A DNA stretch of 64,000 nucleotides from contig CBDATR010000024.1 in assembly GCA_965200155.1 (NCBI GenBank), positions 224,001 to 288,000 on the forward strand, in the 5' to 3' direction. Below are positions 51,676-63,656 of the stretch, in pieces; positions within the stretch are counted from its first letter, which is position 1, and every line of letters starts with the position of its first letter. Under the pieces are notes generated by a model. It was given only the letters and a program-made list of their open reading frames with translations. It did not search any database and was not told the DNA's origin. The stretch is from Nitrosopumilaceae archaeon. GTDB lineage: Archaea > Thermoproteota > Nitrososphaeria > Nitrososphaerales > Nitrosopumilaceae. Made by a program: the position numbers and the translations under genes.

Positions 51676-51938
51676 GGCGTCATATTCAGGCATGGTAACG
51701 CACAAGAGCATCGCTACCGGTAACTGCTGATGTCTATTCCTTCATTATACAGTTTGTTAATGCCAACTTCCCGCACCATTCGTCTATTTGGGATCTATCG
51801 TACCAGCCCCACAGTTCTCGCACACCTAACTCATCACATAACCGACCTCATGTATCATGTCATGCCTCTGTGAGTTGTCACACCAAGACCACAACTCTTT
51901 GATGCCAATCTCATTTCCAACATGAGCATAATCAAACT

Positions 51939-52045
51939 GAGCCCGCAGGGAATTCTGCTGGACCCAATCGCACCCAGGTAACCATTCTTGGAATGATGCG
52001 CCAATACAGGAGCCCGCAGGGAATTCTGCTGGACCCAATCGCACC
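51939..52045. repeat. 36-bp perfect duplication flanking a unique 35-bp insert
   Basis: GAGCCCGCAGGGAATTCTGCTGGACCCAATCGCACC at 51939 and 52010. Confidence 0.92.
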
Positions 52046-52347
52046 AGCCCCACACACGACCCACACCAATCTCGTTTGCGAGATGGCAAGAGCCAAATTT
52101 CTCCAGTATTGAGTCCTTATGTATGCGGCTGGCGCCATCCCACATGTGCCCCATACTGATCTCTTTTGAAAGACGTTCATAATCATAGCCCAATTCATTC
52201 AACATATCACTCTGACGAGAGCTAACATACCAAGACCACAACCGCACCATACTTATCTCTCTGATGAGACGCGAATAGCCAAATTTGGCCACCATTGTCC
52301 CCTTATGGATATCGGTGCAATGGACCCAGAGACATCATACCTATCTC

Positions 52348-52448
52348 GTATGAGTTCACCTGTGTCTAAATTTACGCACAACTGATGGAACAGGTTGTTC
52401 TAGTTAATGTGATTTGTGCATAAGATTCCGGAAGACGTGAACTCATAC
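52348..52448 (-). mobile_element. MITE family 1, 101-bp variant
   Basis: TIRs; TSD CCTATCTC. Confidence 0.95.
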
Positions 52449-53098
52449 CCTATCTCGGCCACGGCACGATCATAACCTATTTCATCTAGCAGAGTATTCT
52501 TGTGCTCTGCGCTGAACCAATCCCACAACTGCTTCATGCCTATCTCATTTGCAATGCGGGTATAGCCAACCTCCTTTAACATGGAATTACGTTTGTTTTT
52601 GAACCACCGACTATTGCACCAATCCCACAGCTCCTCCACACCTATTTCATCTGCAATACGTGTGTAGCCAACCTCCTTCAGCACGTTTTGTTTTTGTCTT
52701 TCATCACACCAGTCCCATAATTGCCTCATACCCAGTTTATTTCCAACACCCAGATCTCTGAGTTCAGCGTAAATATCCATACCCATTATGACCTGCGGCA
52801 TTATTAAAAAACAGTCATGAAATCTTGTACGCGCGTAGTCGGCAGTGATTGTTTAGTTTACCGCAAGCCAAGGCGACATACACTTTTGCCATCATTAGTG
52901 GATTCCGATACATATAGAATTGTCTGGGAAATTTGTGTGTCCGGGTAACACAGTAGTACTGAGGGCGACATCATCCCAGTATACTGTAAGAGCGCGTCAG
53001 GGCGCCGATCTCAGGCGTGTAAATTAGCCCGACATCCATCTGGCACGTCCACGCGCCTAAATCTGGAATGGTTAAACAAGCACACCGCCACACTAGTA

Positions 53099-53479
53099 CT
53101 AGAGTAAGGCTGATGCGATATTCTCATCAGTACTTATTTGGACTAGCGATGTATTCAGATGCCTCGTCTCTATGAGCATATTTATGAATCGTATCCGATT
53201 ATCGATGAACGGGTCTCCGCTACTCCCGGACTGGATATGAGATATCATGGAATCATCATCAAGCATAATACGAACGGCATCACCATTCCTTATTGCAAAT
53301 ACGCCTATACCCCAAAACAACCCCACATGCAGTGCCATGAATCTAGATTGTACTAGCGAGACCTTGTCCCGGTATATCTCTGCCTGATTGCGCCACGCGT
53401 TAAGGGTATGTCCCTTGGTGCGTATGGACCAGGCTATTCGACAAGGCGTACCGTCGCTATACAGTATGTGCTCATCCAT
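53099..53479 (-). CDS. conserved hypothetical protein, RNase H-like pattern
   Basis: LYSDG..FMALHVGLFWGIG..ENIA; downstream of gltA. Confidence 0.65.
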   Translation of the reverse strand: MDEHILYSDGTPCRIAWSIRTKGHTLNAWRNQAEIYRDKVSLVQSRFMALHVGLFWGIGVFAIRNGDAVRIMLDDDSMISHIQSGSSGDPFIDNRIRFINMLIETRHLNTSLVQISTDENIASALL

Positions 53480-53491
53480 ACTTGTGCCACA

Positions 53492-54655
53492 TCAGGCCCT
53501 AAGATTTATGGGCTGGTATTCGCAACCTTGGGGCCCACAGTACTTGCCCACATAGACCGCTTTTGGTCTGTATAGTGCAGGCTTGGGGGCGGCCTCGGCA
53601 AACTTTTCCTCTATTACGTGAGCGGCCCAGCCAGCCACTCTGGATATGGCAAATATGGGCGTGTTCAGATCCATGGGTATATTCAGCATATAGTAGATGG
53701 AGGCACTGTACAGGTCCACGTTGGGATAAATGTTACGGCCCTTGAGCCGTTTCATCTCAGATATGGTAAACTGCTCCACGCGCTGGGTAATATCAAACCA
53801 CGGCTGACCGGTCTTGGCCGCCAGTTTCTTTGACATGGCCTTTAGTACAAGGGCCCTAGGGTCATAAGTGCGATAAACTGCATGGCCCATACCCATTATG
53901 CGCTCACCGCGAGCCATTCTTTCTGTTATCCAGGGCTCTACATTGTCTATATCCCCTATATCCAGTAGCATCTTCATTACCTCATAGTTTGCCCCGCCAT
54001 GCAGCTCACCACTCAGAGCCCCGATTGCGGCGCTGGTTGCAGAATACATGTGAGCCCTTGTAGAGGCCACCTGCCTGGCGGTGAAAGTGGATGCATTGAA
54101 TGTGTGCTCCGCGTGTAATATCAGGCACACATCAAATATGGTCTCCAGCTCTTTATCCGGTACCTCCCCGGACATCATGTACAGAAAGTTGGCAGCGTGT
54201 CCCAGATTCGGATCCGGATCCACCAGACTCTTTCCATTACGTATGCGCTGCCAGCTGGCCACTATAGTGGGTACCTTGGCTATCAGATTTGATGCCCTAT
54301 CATAGCTGGACTCCTTGTTCGAGAACTCCTCGTCATAGTATCCGGCCAGGGCCGCAACAAAGGCCTGTAGCATATCCATAGGATCCGCGTCCTTGCGCCA
54401 GTTACCCATGTTCTTCTGCATCTGCTTTGGAATCCACCGGGCATCTGCCATCTTTTGCCTAAATTCGCGCAGTTGATCCTCAGATGGCAGGTCATCGTGT
54501 AATAACAGATATGCCGTCTCCTCGTAGGAGGAATTCCGGGTAAGATCCAGTATGTCATATCCGCGATATATCAGCTTGCCACGACTGCCATCTATATTGG
54601 ATACACGGGTATCTGCTACCTCTATTCCCCTTAGGCCTATATTTTTGGTCTCCAC
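53492..54655 (-). CDS. gltA: citrate synthase
   Basis: HAEHTFNASTF, GELHGGAN, GMGHAVY, PNVDLYS. Confidence 0.96.
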   Translation of the reverse strand: METKNIGLRGIEVADTRVSNIDGSRGKLIYRGYDILDLTRNSSYEETAYLLLHDDLPSEDQLREFRQKMADARWIPKQMQKNMGNWRKDADPMDMLQAFVAALAGYYDEEFSNKESSYDRASNLIAKVPTIVASWQRIRNGKSLVDPDPNLGHAANFLYMMSGEVPDKELETIFDVCLILHAEHTFNASTFTARQVASTRAHMYSATSAAIGALSGELHGGANYEVMKMLLDIGDIDNVEPWITERMARGERIMGMGHAVYRTYDPRALVLKAMSKKLAAKTGQPWFDITQRVEQFTISEMKRLKGRNIYPNVDLYSASIYYMLNIPMDLNTPIFAISRVAGWAAHVIEEKFAEAAPKPALYRPKAVYVGKYCGPQGCEYQPINLRA

Positions 54656-54982
54656 AGTCTCCTGCCCTTTTTAGACTAATTAGAGTTTTTCCGACAATTG
54701 TATGAGTTCAGGGAACCTTCAATCACGTATCCAAATCATACTGCTACCGAATAATTACAGTATGATTGCTGTCGAGGGAGGCGGCACCAATCATTACAGT
54801 CCACTGCGTAAACTATTCAAGCATGAGTTTATGCGCGCCGGATTGGGACTACAAGAGTCAAGGCGGGAACGCATAGATGAATAATCAATTAGATGACACA
54901 TGGACATCGGGGCTGGTTAATCATTTCACAGACATGTGCGTATAAAGTTAGGTATATTTTATCACTGGACCGTTTTGTGATC

Positions 54983-56920
54983 ATGAAGTTTGAGCTGTGT
55001 TCAGACTTTGCCCCCACCGGGGATCAGCCCAAGGCCATAGAAAAGTTGGTGGAGGGAGTGCAAACGCGCCGCGTACAGACACTGCTTGGAGTGACCGGGA
55101 GCGGCAAGACGTTCACGGTGGCAAATGTCATAGCTAGAACGGGCAAAAATACACTACTAATATCCCATAACAAGACTTTGGCGGCTCAGTTATACTCCGA
55201 GCTAAAACAGTTCTTTCCCAATAACAACGTGGGCTATTTTGTATCATTCTATGACTATTACCAGCCAGAGAGCTATATAGCTCAGACTGACACATACATA
55301 GAGAAGGACACTAGGCGCAACGACGTAATTGAAAAGATGCGGCTGGAGTCTACTGCCATGCTCCTCTCCGGCAAGCCCACCATAATAGTGGCCACTGTTT
55401 CATGTATATACTCTCTTGGCAACCCCAAGGACTGGGGAGAGCTGGCACTTAGGCTAAGTGTAGGGGACAGAATTGAGCGCTCCACAATAATACACCGGTT
55501 ACTTGACGCTCGCTATGAGCGCAACGACATGGAGGTGGCGCCGGGCAACTTTAGGGTTCGCGGCGATACCATAGATGTCAGTCCTGCATACTCCGGAGAT
55601 GTGATCCGGCTGTCACTTTTTGGAGATAATCTGGAAAGAATATCGGTGCGAGACTCAGTAACGCTGGAAGAAAAATTCAGACTGCCGTCCATGATAATAT
55701 ACCCGGCCAAACACTACCTTACTGCCAAGGATGTACGGAGTCGCGCCATGCAAACCATAAGGGAAGAGTTGAAGGAAAGACTGTATGATCTGCCGGAACT
55801 GGAAGGTCAGAGACTGCAACACCGTACAAACTATGATTTAGAGATGATAGAGGAACTGGGCTACTGTTCCGGCATAGAGAATTACTCTAGACACTTTGAC
55901 GGACGCCAGCCAGGTGAAAAGGCGTTCTGCTTGCTTGATTTCTTTGGTGATGACTTTCTTCTAGTCATAGACGAGTGTCACGTCACACTGCCCCAGCTGC
56001 ACGCAATGTACAAGGGAGACTACTCCCGGAAGAAGCAACTGGTAGATTATGGATTCAGACTGCCCAGTGCGTATGATAACCGTCCCCTCAAGTTCGAAGA
56101 GTTCGAGGAGTACATGGAAAATGTTTTGCTGGTATCGGCTACGCCTGGTGAGTACGAGAAAGACAAGTCATACAGAATAGTCGAGCAGCTAGTCCGCCCC
56201 ACGGGATTGGTGGATCCCTCGGTGGAAGTGCGGCCAAGCAAGGACCAGATGAAAGATTTGATGCGCGAGATTCGCGAGCGAGTTAAGCGCTCGGAGAGAA
56301 TTTTGGTCACAACACTGACAAAGCGCATGGCTGAAGATCTGGCCGAATATCTCTCAAAGAACGAGATACAGGTCCGATACATGCACTCTGAGATAGAGGG
56401 ACTACAGAGGACTGAGCTGATAAGACAGTTGCGCCTGGGAGAATATGACGTGCTTGTGGGCATAAACCTGCTGCGAGAGGGACTGGACATACCCGAAGTA
56501 TCCATGGTTGCAGTACTGGACGCGGACAAGGAGGGATTCCTGCGAAATTATACCAGCCTTATACAGACCTTTGGGCGCGCCGCGCGCAACTCCAATGGTA
56601 ATGTGATAATGTATGCGGATGTCATTACAAAGTCCATGAGACATGCAATGAAGGAGACAGACAGGCGGCGGAATAGGCAAATCGAGTATAACAGGATACA
56701 TGGTATAATACCGCGCACAATATCAAAGCCAATCCCCCAGAAGGAGGCAGAAGTGAATGATGTTTCTATTCACAAGAGTACACACGACTTGAATGCCGAG
56801 TTGATAGATGCAGAGTCCCAGATGAAAAAATATTCCGGCCAGCTGGACTTTGAGAAGGCCATAGAGTACCGGGACAAGATAAAAAACATAGAACGGGAGC
56901 TGAATAACCGCCGTGGATAG
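54983..56920 (+). CDS. uvrB: excinuclease ABC subunit B
   Basis: [31 protein letters not shown]. Confidence 0.98.
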   Translation: MKFELCSDFAPTGDQPKAIEKLVEGVQTRRVQTLLGVTGSGKTFTVANVIARTGKNTLLISHNKTLAAQLYSELKQFFPNNNVGYFVSFYDYYQPESYIAQTDTYIEKDTRRNDVIEKMRLESTAMLLSGKPTIIVATVSCIYSLGNPKDWGELALRLSVGDRIERSTIIHRLLDARYERNDMEVAPGNFRVRGDTIDVSPAYSGDVIRLSLFGDNLERISVRDSVTLEEKFRLPSMIIYPAKHYLTAKDVRSRAMQTIREELKERLYDLPELEGQRLQHRTNYDLEMIEELGYCSGIENYSRHFDGRQPGEKAFCLLDFFGDDFLLVIDECHVTLPQLHAMYKGDYSRKKQLVDYGFRLPSAYDNRPLKFEEFEEYMENVLLVSATPGEYEKDKSYRIVEQLVRPTGLVDPSVEVRPSKDQMKDLMREIRERVKRSERILVTTLTKRMAEDLAEYLSKNEIQVRYMHSEIEGLQRTELIRQLRLGEYDVLVGINLLREGLDIPEVSMVAVLDADKEGFLRNYTSLIQTFGRAARNSNGNVIMYADVITKSMRHAMKETDRRRNRQIEYNRIHGIIPRTISKPIPQKEAEVNDVSIHKSTHDLNAELIDAESQMKKYSGQLDFEKAIEYRDKIKNIERELNNRRG

Positions 56921-59774
56921 TCTGATAGTTCGGGGAGCCCGGCACCATAACCTGAAAAACATAGACGTGGATTTGCCCAAAAATTCTCTCGTAGTTATCA
57001 GTGGCCTCTCGGGGTCCGGCAAGTCCACGCTGGCCTTCGACACCATATACGCGGAAGGTCAGAGGAGGTATGTGGAATCGCTCTCCGCATACGCACGCCA
57101 GTTTTTGGACATAATGGATAAACCGGATGTGGACTCCATAGAAGGACTCTCGCCAGCAATATCGATACAGCAAAAGACCACCAGCAAGAACCCGCGCTCC
57201 ACGATAGGCACAACCACAGAGATATACGACTATCTCCGGCTACTCTATTCCAGGGTGGGCACCCCCTACTGTCATAAATGTGAGCGACCCATATCCAGCC
57301 AGTCTGTAGAAACCATATGCGATACCGTAATACGGGAGTTTGACGGCATGGATATACTGGTTCTGGCGCCACTCATAAAAAGAAAGAAGGGCATTCACAA
57401 CAGGATCATAGCAAAGGTAAGCGCCGACGGCTACTCGCGGATTCGAGTGGACAAAACGGTACATAACCTGGATGACGAGATTCCTCCCCTGGACAGGCAG
57501 CAGTGGCACGACATTGAGATAGTCATTGACAGGATGCCCGCCACCCAATCACAGCGTACAAGGTTATTTGAGGCAATACAGACAGCGGTGGACGCAACGG
57601 AGGGTGAAGTCATGATATCCGCAGAGGGCAAGGAGAGCACACATTCCCAGAAGAATGCATGTCCTTATTGTGGTGTCAATATAGGAGAGATGGAGCCGCG
57701 AACATTCTCGTTTAACTCGCCATTTGGAATGTGCAAGGAATGCTCTGGCATGGGCGAGGAGTTTAGGCTGGATCCGGATCTGGTCATACCGGACAAGACA
57801 AAATCGATAATCGATGGCGCCATACAGCCATGGGGACCAAACATACCCCCGCCAATAATGGACATGATTACTCTCATAGCAAGAAAGTACAAGTTTAGGC
57901 TAGACACACCCATTGCGGATCTGAGCGAGAAGCAGATGGATGCGCTGGTATACGGACACATTCATTTACGCAAGGGTACCCCAGATCTTAGTGTTGGCGG
58001 TGAGAACGAAGCCAAGTATTTGTACCTAAAATCGCGCATGGGCACCGCAGACTTTAGGCTTAGTGTTGATGGGGTAATAGACCAGATTATGAGTGCTATG
58101 CCATTCATGGAGTTGGGGGATATGGAATCTGTCAAGGCCATGTTATGGAGGAACATGCCATGCTCAGTCTGCAAGGGCAGAAAGTTGCGCCCGGAGTCAC
58201 TCAACGTGCGCGTAGGGGGCAAGGGCATAATGGATGTGTGTAGTATGCCCATAAACCAGTGCATCCGTTTCTTTAAGGACATAGAGCTTGATGATACCGA
58301 GGCATTTATCGCCAGGGATATACTCAAAGAGATAAGGAGTCGCCTGAATTTTTTGAGTAATGTTGGCCTGACATATCTTACGCTTGACAGGAAGAGCGCC
58401 AGCCTGTCAGGGGGCGAGTCGCAGAGGATACGACTAGCGACACAGATAGGATCCAGTCTTACAGGCGTACTTTATGTCCTGGATGAGCCCACCATTGGCC
58501 TGCATCAGCGTGATAACTCCAGACTAATCGATACGCTCAGGTGTTTGAAGGATCTTGGGAATACCGTACTGGTAGTGGAGCATGATGAGGAGGTGATACG
58601 CAGTTCCGACTGGCTGGTGGATTTGGGACCGGCCGCGGGAGTGCACGGAGGGGAGGTGGTCTTTGAGGGAACCATGAAGGATATGACGAAGGACACCAAA
58701 TCTGTAACAGGAGACTATCTAATGGGAAGACGGCACATTACGTTAACGGACAGGGTCAGGAGTAGTGGCAAGTCACTTACCGTACTGGGAGCATCTCAGA
58801 ATAACCTAAAGGATATTGATGTGGAGTTTCCACTAGGGCAGTTTGTATGCGTGACAGGGGTATCCGGGTCGGGCAAATCCACGCTAGTAAATAGTATACT
58901 GCTAGCAGAGTTGCAGCATCGCCTAAGCCGTCCCACCACATGGGCAGGCAGGCACAAAGGCATAGTTGGAACAGAGCACATAGACAAGGTAATAAGTATA
59001 GACCAGTCACCCATAGGAAGGACACCGCGCTCCAATCCGGCCACATACATAGGCGTCTTTAGCCCCATACGGGAGTTATTTGCCAAGACCAGCATGGCCA
59101 AGTCGCGTGGCTATCTCCCAGGACAGTTCTCATTTAATGTGCAGAAGGGCCGGTGTTTTGAGTGCGAGGGCAGCGGACTGCGCCGCATAGAGATGCAGTT
59201 TCTGGCAGATGTCTATGTTAGGTGTAACAAGTGCAAGGGCAAGCGCTTTGACTCCCAGACACTACAGGTACGCTATCGTGGCAAGAACATTCATGACATA
59301 TTGGAGATGACCGTCGATGAGGCACTGGAGTTCTTTGAAAATCACAGGTCCATACATGCAAAAATAAAGACCGTACACGATGTGGGGCTAGGATACATAC
59401 GGCTGGGCCAGCCATCAACCACGCTTTCTGGTGGCGAGGCACAGCGCATAAAATTGTCATCAGAGCTGTCCAAGCGCGACACAGGACGCACACTGTATGT
59501 GCTAGATGAGCCTACCACGGGGCTGCATTTCGCGGATGTGGAAAAGTTGCTCTATGTACTAAACAGGCTGGTAAACCAGGGTAATACCGTAGTGGTCATA
59601 GAGCATAACATGGATGTAATAGCCAACTCGGACTGGGTGATAGATTTGGGGCCGGAAGGCGGAGATGATGGCGGACAGGTGGTGGCAACAGGCACCCCCG
59701 CACATGTAGCCACGACCAATACCTATACAGGACAATATCTAAAGAATATGCAAAAAATTGCTGGACATACGTAG
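56913..59774 (+). CDS. uvrA: excinuclease ABC subunit A
   Basis: Two ABC ATPase modules ([16 protein letters not shown]), LSGGE, zinc fingers. Confidence 0.98.
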   Translation: MDSLIVRGARHHNLKNIDVDLPKNSLVVISGLSGSGKSTLAFDTIYAEGQRRYVESLSAYARQFLDIMDKPDVDSIEGLSPAISIQQKTTSKNPRSTIGTTTEIYDYLRLLYSRVGTPYCHKCERPISSQSVETICDTVIREFDGMDILVLAPLIKRKKGIHNRIIAKVSADGYSRIRVDKTVHNLDDEIPPLDRQQWHDIEIVIDRMPATQSQRTRLFEAIQTAVDATEGEVMISAEGKESTHSQKNACPYCGVNIGEMEPRTFSFNSPFGMCKECSGMGEEFRLDPDLVIPDKTKSIIDGAIQPWGPNIPPPIMDMITLIARKYKFRLDTPIADLSEKQMDALVYGHIHLRKGTPDLSVGGENEAKYLYLKSRMGTADFRLSVDGVIDQIMSAMPFMELGDMESVKAMLWRNMPCSVCKGRKLRPESLNVRVGGKGIMDVCSMPINQCIRFFKDIELDDTEAFIARDILKEIRSRLNFLSNVGLTYLTLDRKSASLSGGESQRIRLATQIGSSLTGVLYVLDEPTIGLHQRDNSRLIDTLRCLKDLGNTVLVVEHDEEVIRSSDWLVDLGPAAGVHGGEVVFEGTMKDMTKDTKSVTGDYLMGRRHITLTDRVRSSGKSLTVLGASQNNLKDIDVEFPLGQFVCVTGVSGSGKSTLVNSILLAELQHRLSRPTTWAGRHKGIVGTEHIDKVISIDQSPIGRTPRSNPATYIGVFSPIRELFAKTSMAKSRGYLPGQFSFNVQKGRCFECEGSGLRRIEMQFLADVYVRCNKCKGKRFDSQTLQVRYRGKNIHDILEMTVDEALEFFENHRSIHAKIKTVHDVGLGYIRLGQPSTTLSGGEAQRIKLSSELSKRDTGRTLYVLDEPTTGLHFADVEKLLYVLNRLVNQGNTVVVIEHNMDVIANSDWVIDLGPEGGDDGGQVVATGTPAHVATTNTYTGQYLKNMQKIAGHT

Positions 59775-61341
59775 TATAACCATCCCGGAGCAGCCGGGAA
59801 TATACATAATGAAAGATGCCCAGAATGTAATAATATACATCGGCAAGGCAAAGAATTTGAGAAAACGGGTCAGGTCATATTTTAACAAGAGGCAGGATTA
59901 CAAGACAGCCAAACTGGTAGAGCGGATAAACAGCATTGAGTTTGTCCTGACAGATACCGAGAGTGAGGCATACATATTAGAGTCCGGCATGATAAAGCGG
60001 CACCGCCCCAAGTTCAACATAGAATTAAAGGATCAGGAGCGGTACACGTATCTGCGGGTAACAAGGGAAAAGTATCCGCGTCTTGTGGTTGCCAGGCGCA
60101 GCAAGAATGGTACGTTCCTGGGGGGTGGCGAGATCTTTGGGCCTTTTGTGCATGGCAGCTCCAAGCTGCTAACAATAGGAACGCTGCGCAAGACATTCAA
60201 GATTAGAATCTGCAAGACCCTTCCCAAGAAAGTGTGCCTGGAGTATCATCTTGGAAACTGCGAGGGACCCTGTGAATTCGTCCAGGCCCAGGAGAGATAT
60301 GAAAAACACATAGCCAACGTAAAGGATGTACTACGGGACAAGAATCAGTCAGGTGCATTTGCGGCCAAACTTCATGAGGAGATGACGGCGGCCGCGGACA
60401 TGCTACAGTTTGAGAGGGCACAAGAGATACGAGATACACTGACGCGACTAGGCAGCCTACAGAGCGAGCAAAAGATGTCCCACCCCCATGGTGCTGACGA
60501 GGAGTTCTTTGCCATTAAGACAAATAATGGCGAGGCTGTGGTGATGAATTTTCGCATGAGATCCGGTGTAATACGGGACAGTGAAAAGTTCTTTTTTGAC
60601 ACGGTAGGAGACAATAATTTTACCAATTTTTTATACCAATACTACACGACACACACCATACCTGAAATCATAATACTTAACGAGGAGCCGCAGAACCGCC
60701 CCATGCTGGAGAATTTGCTAAGCCAGCAGGCCGGGCACAGTGTTAGCATAATGCGGCCGACCACCCAGATGCGCCAGGGAATGATTGACTTGTTATTAAA
60801 AAATATAAACGTATTACTGCAGAATAATATTGAGCCGGGCATTCAGGAATTACAAAATGTGCTAAAAAGCAAAAATCCCCCAAAAATAATAGAATGTTTT
60901 GATATATCCAATCACGGCGAGGAGTATGCAGTGGGATCCATGTCCCGTTTCATAAATGGAAAGCCGGACAAGTCCGGATACCGCAAGTTCAGGATAAAGA
61001 CAGTAAAGGGCAGGGACGACTACTCGATGATGTTCGAGGTAGTAAGGCGCCGGTATGTGCGGCTCAAAAAAGAGAATGCAGCCATGCCGGATCTGGTACT
61101 TTTGGACGGGGGAAGGGGCCAGCTGAGATTTGCCCTATCAGCACTAAAATATGCCGGAGTGTCACTATCTTGCGCCTCCCTTGCCAAAGAGAATGAGGAG
61201 GTATACGTACCGGATCAGACTGTGCCTATACGTATGCCCAAAAGTAATGCAGGTCTCAGGATACTGCAGCATGCTCGCGACGAAGCACACCGGTTTGGGG
61301 TAGCATATAATCGCGCAATAAGACGGCAGCAGTTAAAGTAG
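59758..61341 (+). CDS. uvrC: excinuclease ABC subunit C
   Basis: GIY..YIGKAKNLRKRV, FDISN, DGGRGQ, RDEAHRF; no C-terminal HhH. Confidence 0.96.
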   Translation: MLDIRSITIPEQPGIYIMKDAQNVIIYIGKAKNLRKRVRSYFNKRQDYKTAKLVERINSIEFVLTDTESEAYILESGMIKRHRPKFNIELKDQERYTYLRVTREKYPRLVVARRSKNGTFLGGGEIFGPFVHGSSKLLTIGTLRKTFKIRICKTLPKKVCLEYHLGNCEGPCEFVQAQERYEKHIANVKDVLRDKNQSGAFAAKLHEEMTAAADMLQFERAQEIRDTLTRLGSLQSEQKMSHPHGADEEFFAIKTNNGEAVVMNFRMRSGVIRDSEKFFFDTVGDNNFTNFLYQYYTTHTIPEIIILNEEPQNRPMLENLLSQQAGHSVSIMRPTTQMRQGMIDLLLKNINVLLQNNIEPGIQELQNVLKSKNPPKIIECFDISNHGEEYAVGSMSRFINGKPDKSGYRKFRIKTVKGRDDYSMMFEVVRRRYVRLKKENAAMPDLVLLDGGRGQLRFALSALKYAGVSLSCASLAKENEEVYVPDQTVPIRMPKSNAGLRILQHARDEAHRFGVAYNRAIRRQQLK

Positions 61342-61524
61342 TCAGAATATTATGCAAAACAGGTCTGCAAAGATCAACTAACACACGCAAAATCCAGCAT
61401 GGCTTCTTTCGAACCTATTTGGGAATAGTCAATTTCACCGCCGACTCACTCTTATCGTTCTTGATAACCCCAGCGATACAAACGGCGTGGTATGGTTTAA
61501 AAACTAATATGAACAGTAGTCCGC

Positions 61525-61806
61525 ATGGCAATACATAGGAGCAGTATGCAGATAGTAGCTGACATGCTGGTAGCCACACAGGACTATGGCAGGGAGGGAA
61601 TAAAGCCCACCATATTACTTAGCAAGGCGAATCTTTCACACTCTAGACTGGTGAAATTTCTGGAGAATCTTACTGGCGCGGGATTAGTGAACAAGATAGA
61701 GTATGACGGCAGGCACACGTTTGTGATCACCCCCAAGGGCAGGCAGTATCTTGAGTCATACCAGAAATTTTACAGTATAGCAAATTCTTTTGGGCTTGAG
61801 CTATGA
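61525..61806 (+). CDS. winged-helix DNA-binding protein
   Basis: RSSMQIVADML..KANLS..ITPKGRQYL. Confidence 0.85.
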   Translation: MAIHRSSMQIVADMLVATQDYGREGIKPTILLSKANLSHSRLVKFLENLTGAGLVNKIEYDGRHTFVITPKGRQYLESYQKFYSIANSFGLEL

Positions 61807-61926
61807 CTGACGAAAAAACACCGTAAAATGAGTAAACATTTCTTTAATTTTGTTACACGGCGCCAAAGAAGGTGATTTTTCACTCGGAAATGACATGTTT
61901 TTCGTAGTTGAAATACATGAATTGTT

Positions 61927-62027
61927 GCATGAGTTCACGTCTTCCGGAATCTTGTGCACAAATCACATTAACTAGAACAACCTGTTCCATCAGTTGTGCG
62001 TAAATTTAGACACAGATGAACTCATAC
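61927..62027 (+). mobile_element. MITE family 1, 101-bp variant
   Basis: TIRs with single mismatches; TSD GAATTGTT. Confidence 0.92.
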
Positions 62028-62330
62028 GAATTGTTTAATCTTTGACACAGTAATGGAATGTCATGTGCGCTCTTATGAAATGGTGTCCAGAGAGAGTACG
62101 TCTAAGAGACCAAGCAGAGAGCCAGACCATATCAAAAATGCAAATGAGTGCATACGCCTTGATGAAAATTTATCAATAGTGCAAATGGCTAGGTGCAAAT
62201 CAAGTATAAGAACAACATATCACTACGATTAGTGTGAACTCACAAAATGCAGGTGATTCGTACAAGTTTGCGTCTTTTCCAATGTGCGTAAATTTAGGTT
62301 ACAGGCAAATACAAAATTAGTATTAACCAG

Positions 62331-63362
62331 CTAGGGTACCAAAACGGCTCTGGCTTTTATTTTTGAATACTTGAGCATACGAAGAACCTCATTAGCTTTC
62401 TCCAACGGGAACGACTCGTATACTACAGATAATTTCTTTTCATCGGCTATACGAATTACATCCTCCATGTCCTTGGTGGAGCCTATGAGTGTCCCCCGAA
62501 TAGTCTTCTCCTCAAACGCCTGAAAATGGGGACGTTCGCCAATTGTGGCTATCACTACAAGACCGCCCTTTTTGGTAGCCTTGATAGCAGTATCAGTCAC
62601 TCTATCGGAGGGCGCAAATACTATCGCCGCATCCAAAACGCCCATTTGACGTATGCTCTCGAAAACGTATTCCCCATCATCCTTGTACTGTATGATATCA
62701 TTGGCGCCCAGATCTTTAGCCACCTGCAAGTGTTCCAGATTTCTGGATATGGCTATGACCCTGCACTTATAGTGTACTGCAAACTGTATAGCCAAATGAC
62801 CCACTCCGCCTATTCCAAATATGGCGATAGTACGATGAGATTCAGGCTCAGCGGCCTTTACTGCCTTATACGCAGTTATTCCGGCGCAAAATAGCGGTGC
62901 AGCATATTCAGAAGACATTGAGTCAGGTATACGGGTGGCAAACTGCTCGGACACGGTTATGTATTCCGCATAACCGCCCCGCAGGGTCTCTCCAGTGATT
63001 TCAGCAAAATCACACAACTGCTCTTTACCATCCTGGCAGTACACGCAATCACCACATGTAGATAGTAACGGGGTAACACCTGCGCGATCACCTACCCGAA
63101 ATTTTGTAACAGCGTCGCCTATCTGTATCACCGTACCTACAAGCTCGTGTCCGGGGACTGTTGGTAATGTTGGAGGTATTCCAATATGCTGCCAGTCTCC
63201 CTCTATCCCATGTATCTGTGAATGGCATACACCACATGCCTCTATTTTGAGCAGGATATCATCGGGATTCCCAATCTCGTGTCGCGCTACTTCCATCATC
63301 TTTAATGGATCGTTCTCCAGTTTTTTACATGCATGAAGAACCATTGCGCGCATCATTGCCAT
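62331..63362 (-). CDS. zinc-dependent alcohol dehydrogenase
   Basis: CGVCHS, GHE, CGDCVYC, GIGGVG. Confidence 0.93.
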   Translation of the reverse strand: MAMMRAMVLHACKKLENDPLKMMEVARHEIGNPDDILLKIEACGVCHSQIHGIEGDWQHIGIPPTLPTVPGHELVGTVIQIGDAVTKFRVGDRAGVTPLLSTCGDCVYCQDGKEQLCDFAEITGETLRGGYAEYITVSEQFATRIPDSMSSEYAAPLFCAGITAYKAVKAAEPESHRTIAIFGIGGVGHLAIQFAVHYKCRVIAISRNLEHLQVAKDLGANDIIQYKDDGEYVFESIRQMGVLDAAIVFAPSDRVTDTAIKATKKGGLVVIATIGERPHFQAFEEKTIRGTLIGSTKDMEDVIRIADEKKLSVVYESFPLEKANEVLRMLKYSKIKARAVLVP

Positions 63363-63656
63363 AGAATACCCCTTGACGAGACGAAATTTTAGTCTTGTTC
63401 ATGCAAACACCAAATGGTGATTTTAAACAGGCGCCATTCACATGACATTGACTAGCGATGCCGGCGACAATCTCGATCATTCGCGAAGTCAAACAGAAAG
63501 CAAGGAGCCTGTACAAATTTTATGCCAGTATTTGTACATAAAAGTGGGCATACGTAAACTCGCACATTAGCCTGGATTTTTGGGGCGAGTGATGATTGCG
63601 TATACATATAGACAGACGGGATAAAGAAAAATAAACCAACCACAGTAATACACACG

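Larger units (their letters stand above)
51690..52801 (-). pseudogene. Trp/Cys tandem-repeat protein gene, broken by a MITE and a 71-bp insertion
   Basis: Repeats of about 26-31 aa, EIG(M/V)xxLWxWC...LxEVGY, spread over ORFs 52400-52801, 51855-52295 and 51826-52089; 3' end approximate. Confidence 0.7.

Noticed and set aside
54700-54710. Tenth copy of MITE family 1
   Set aside because: Only GTATGAGTTCA matches; no second TIR or TSD was found.
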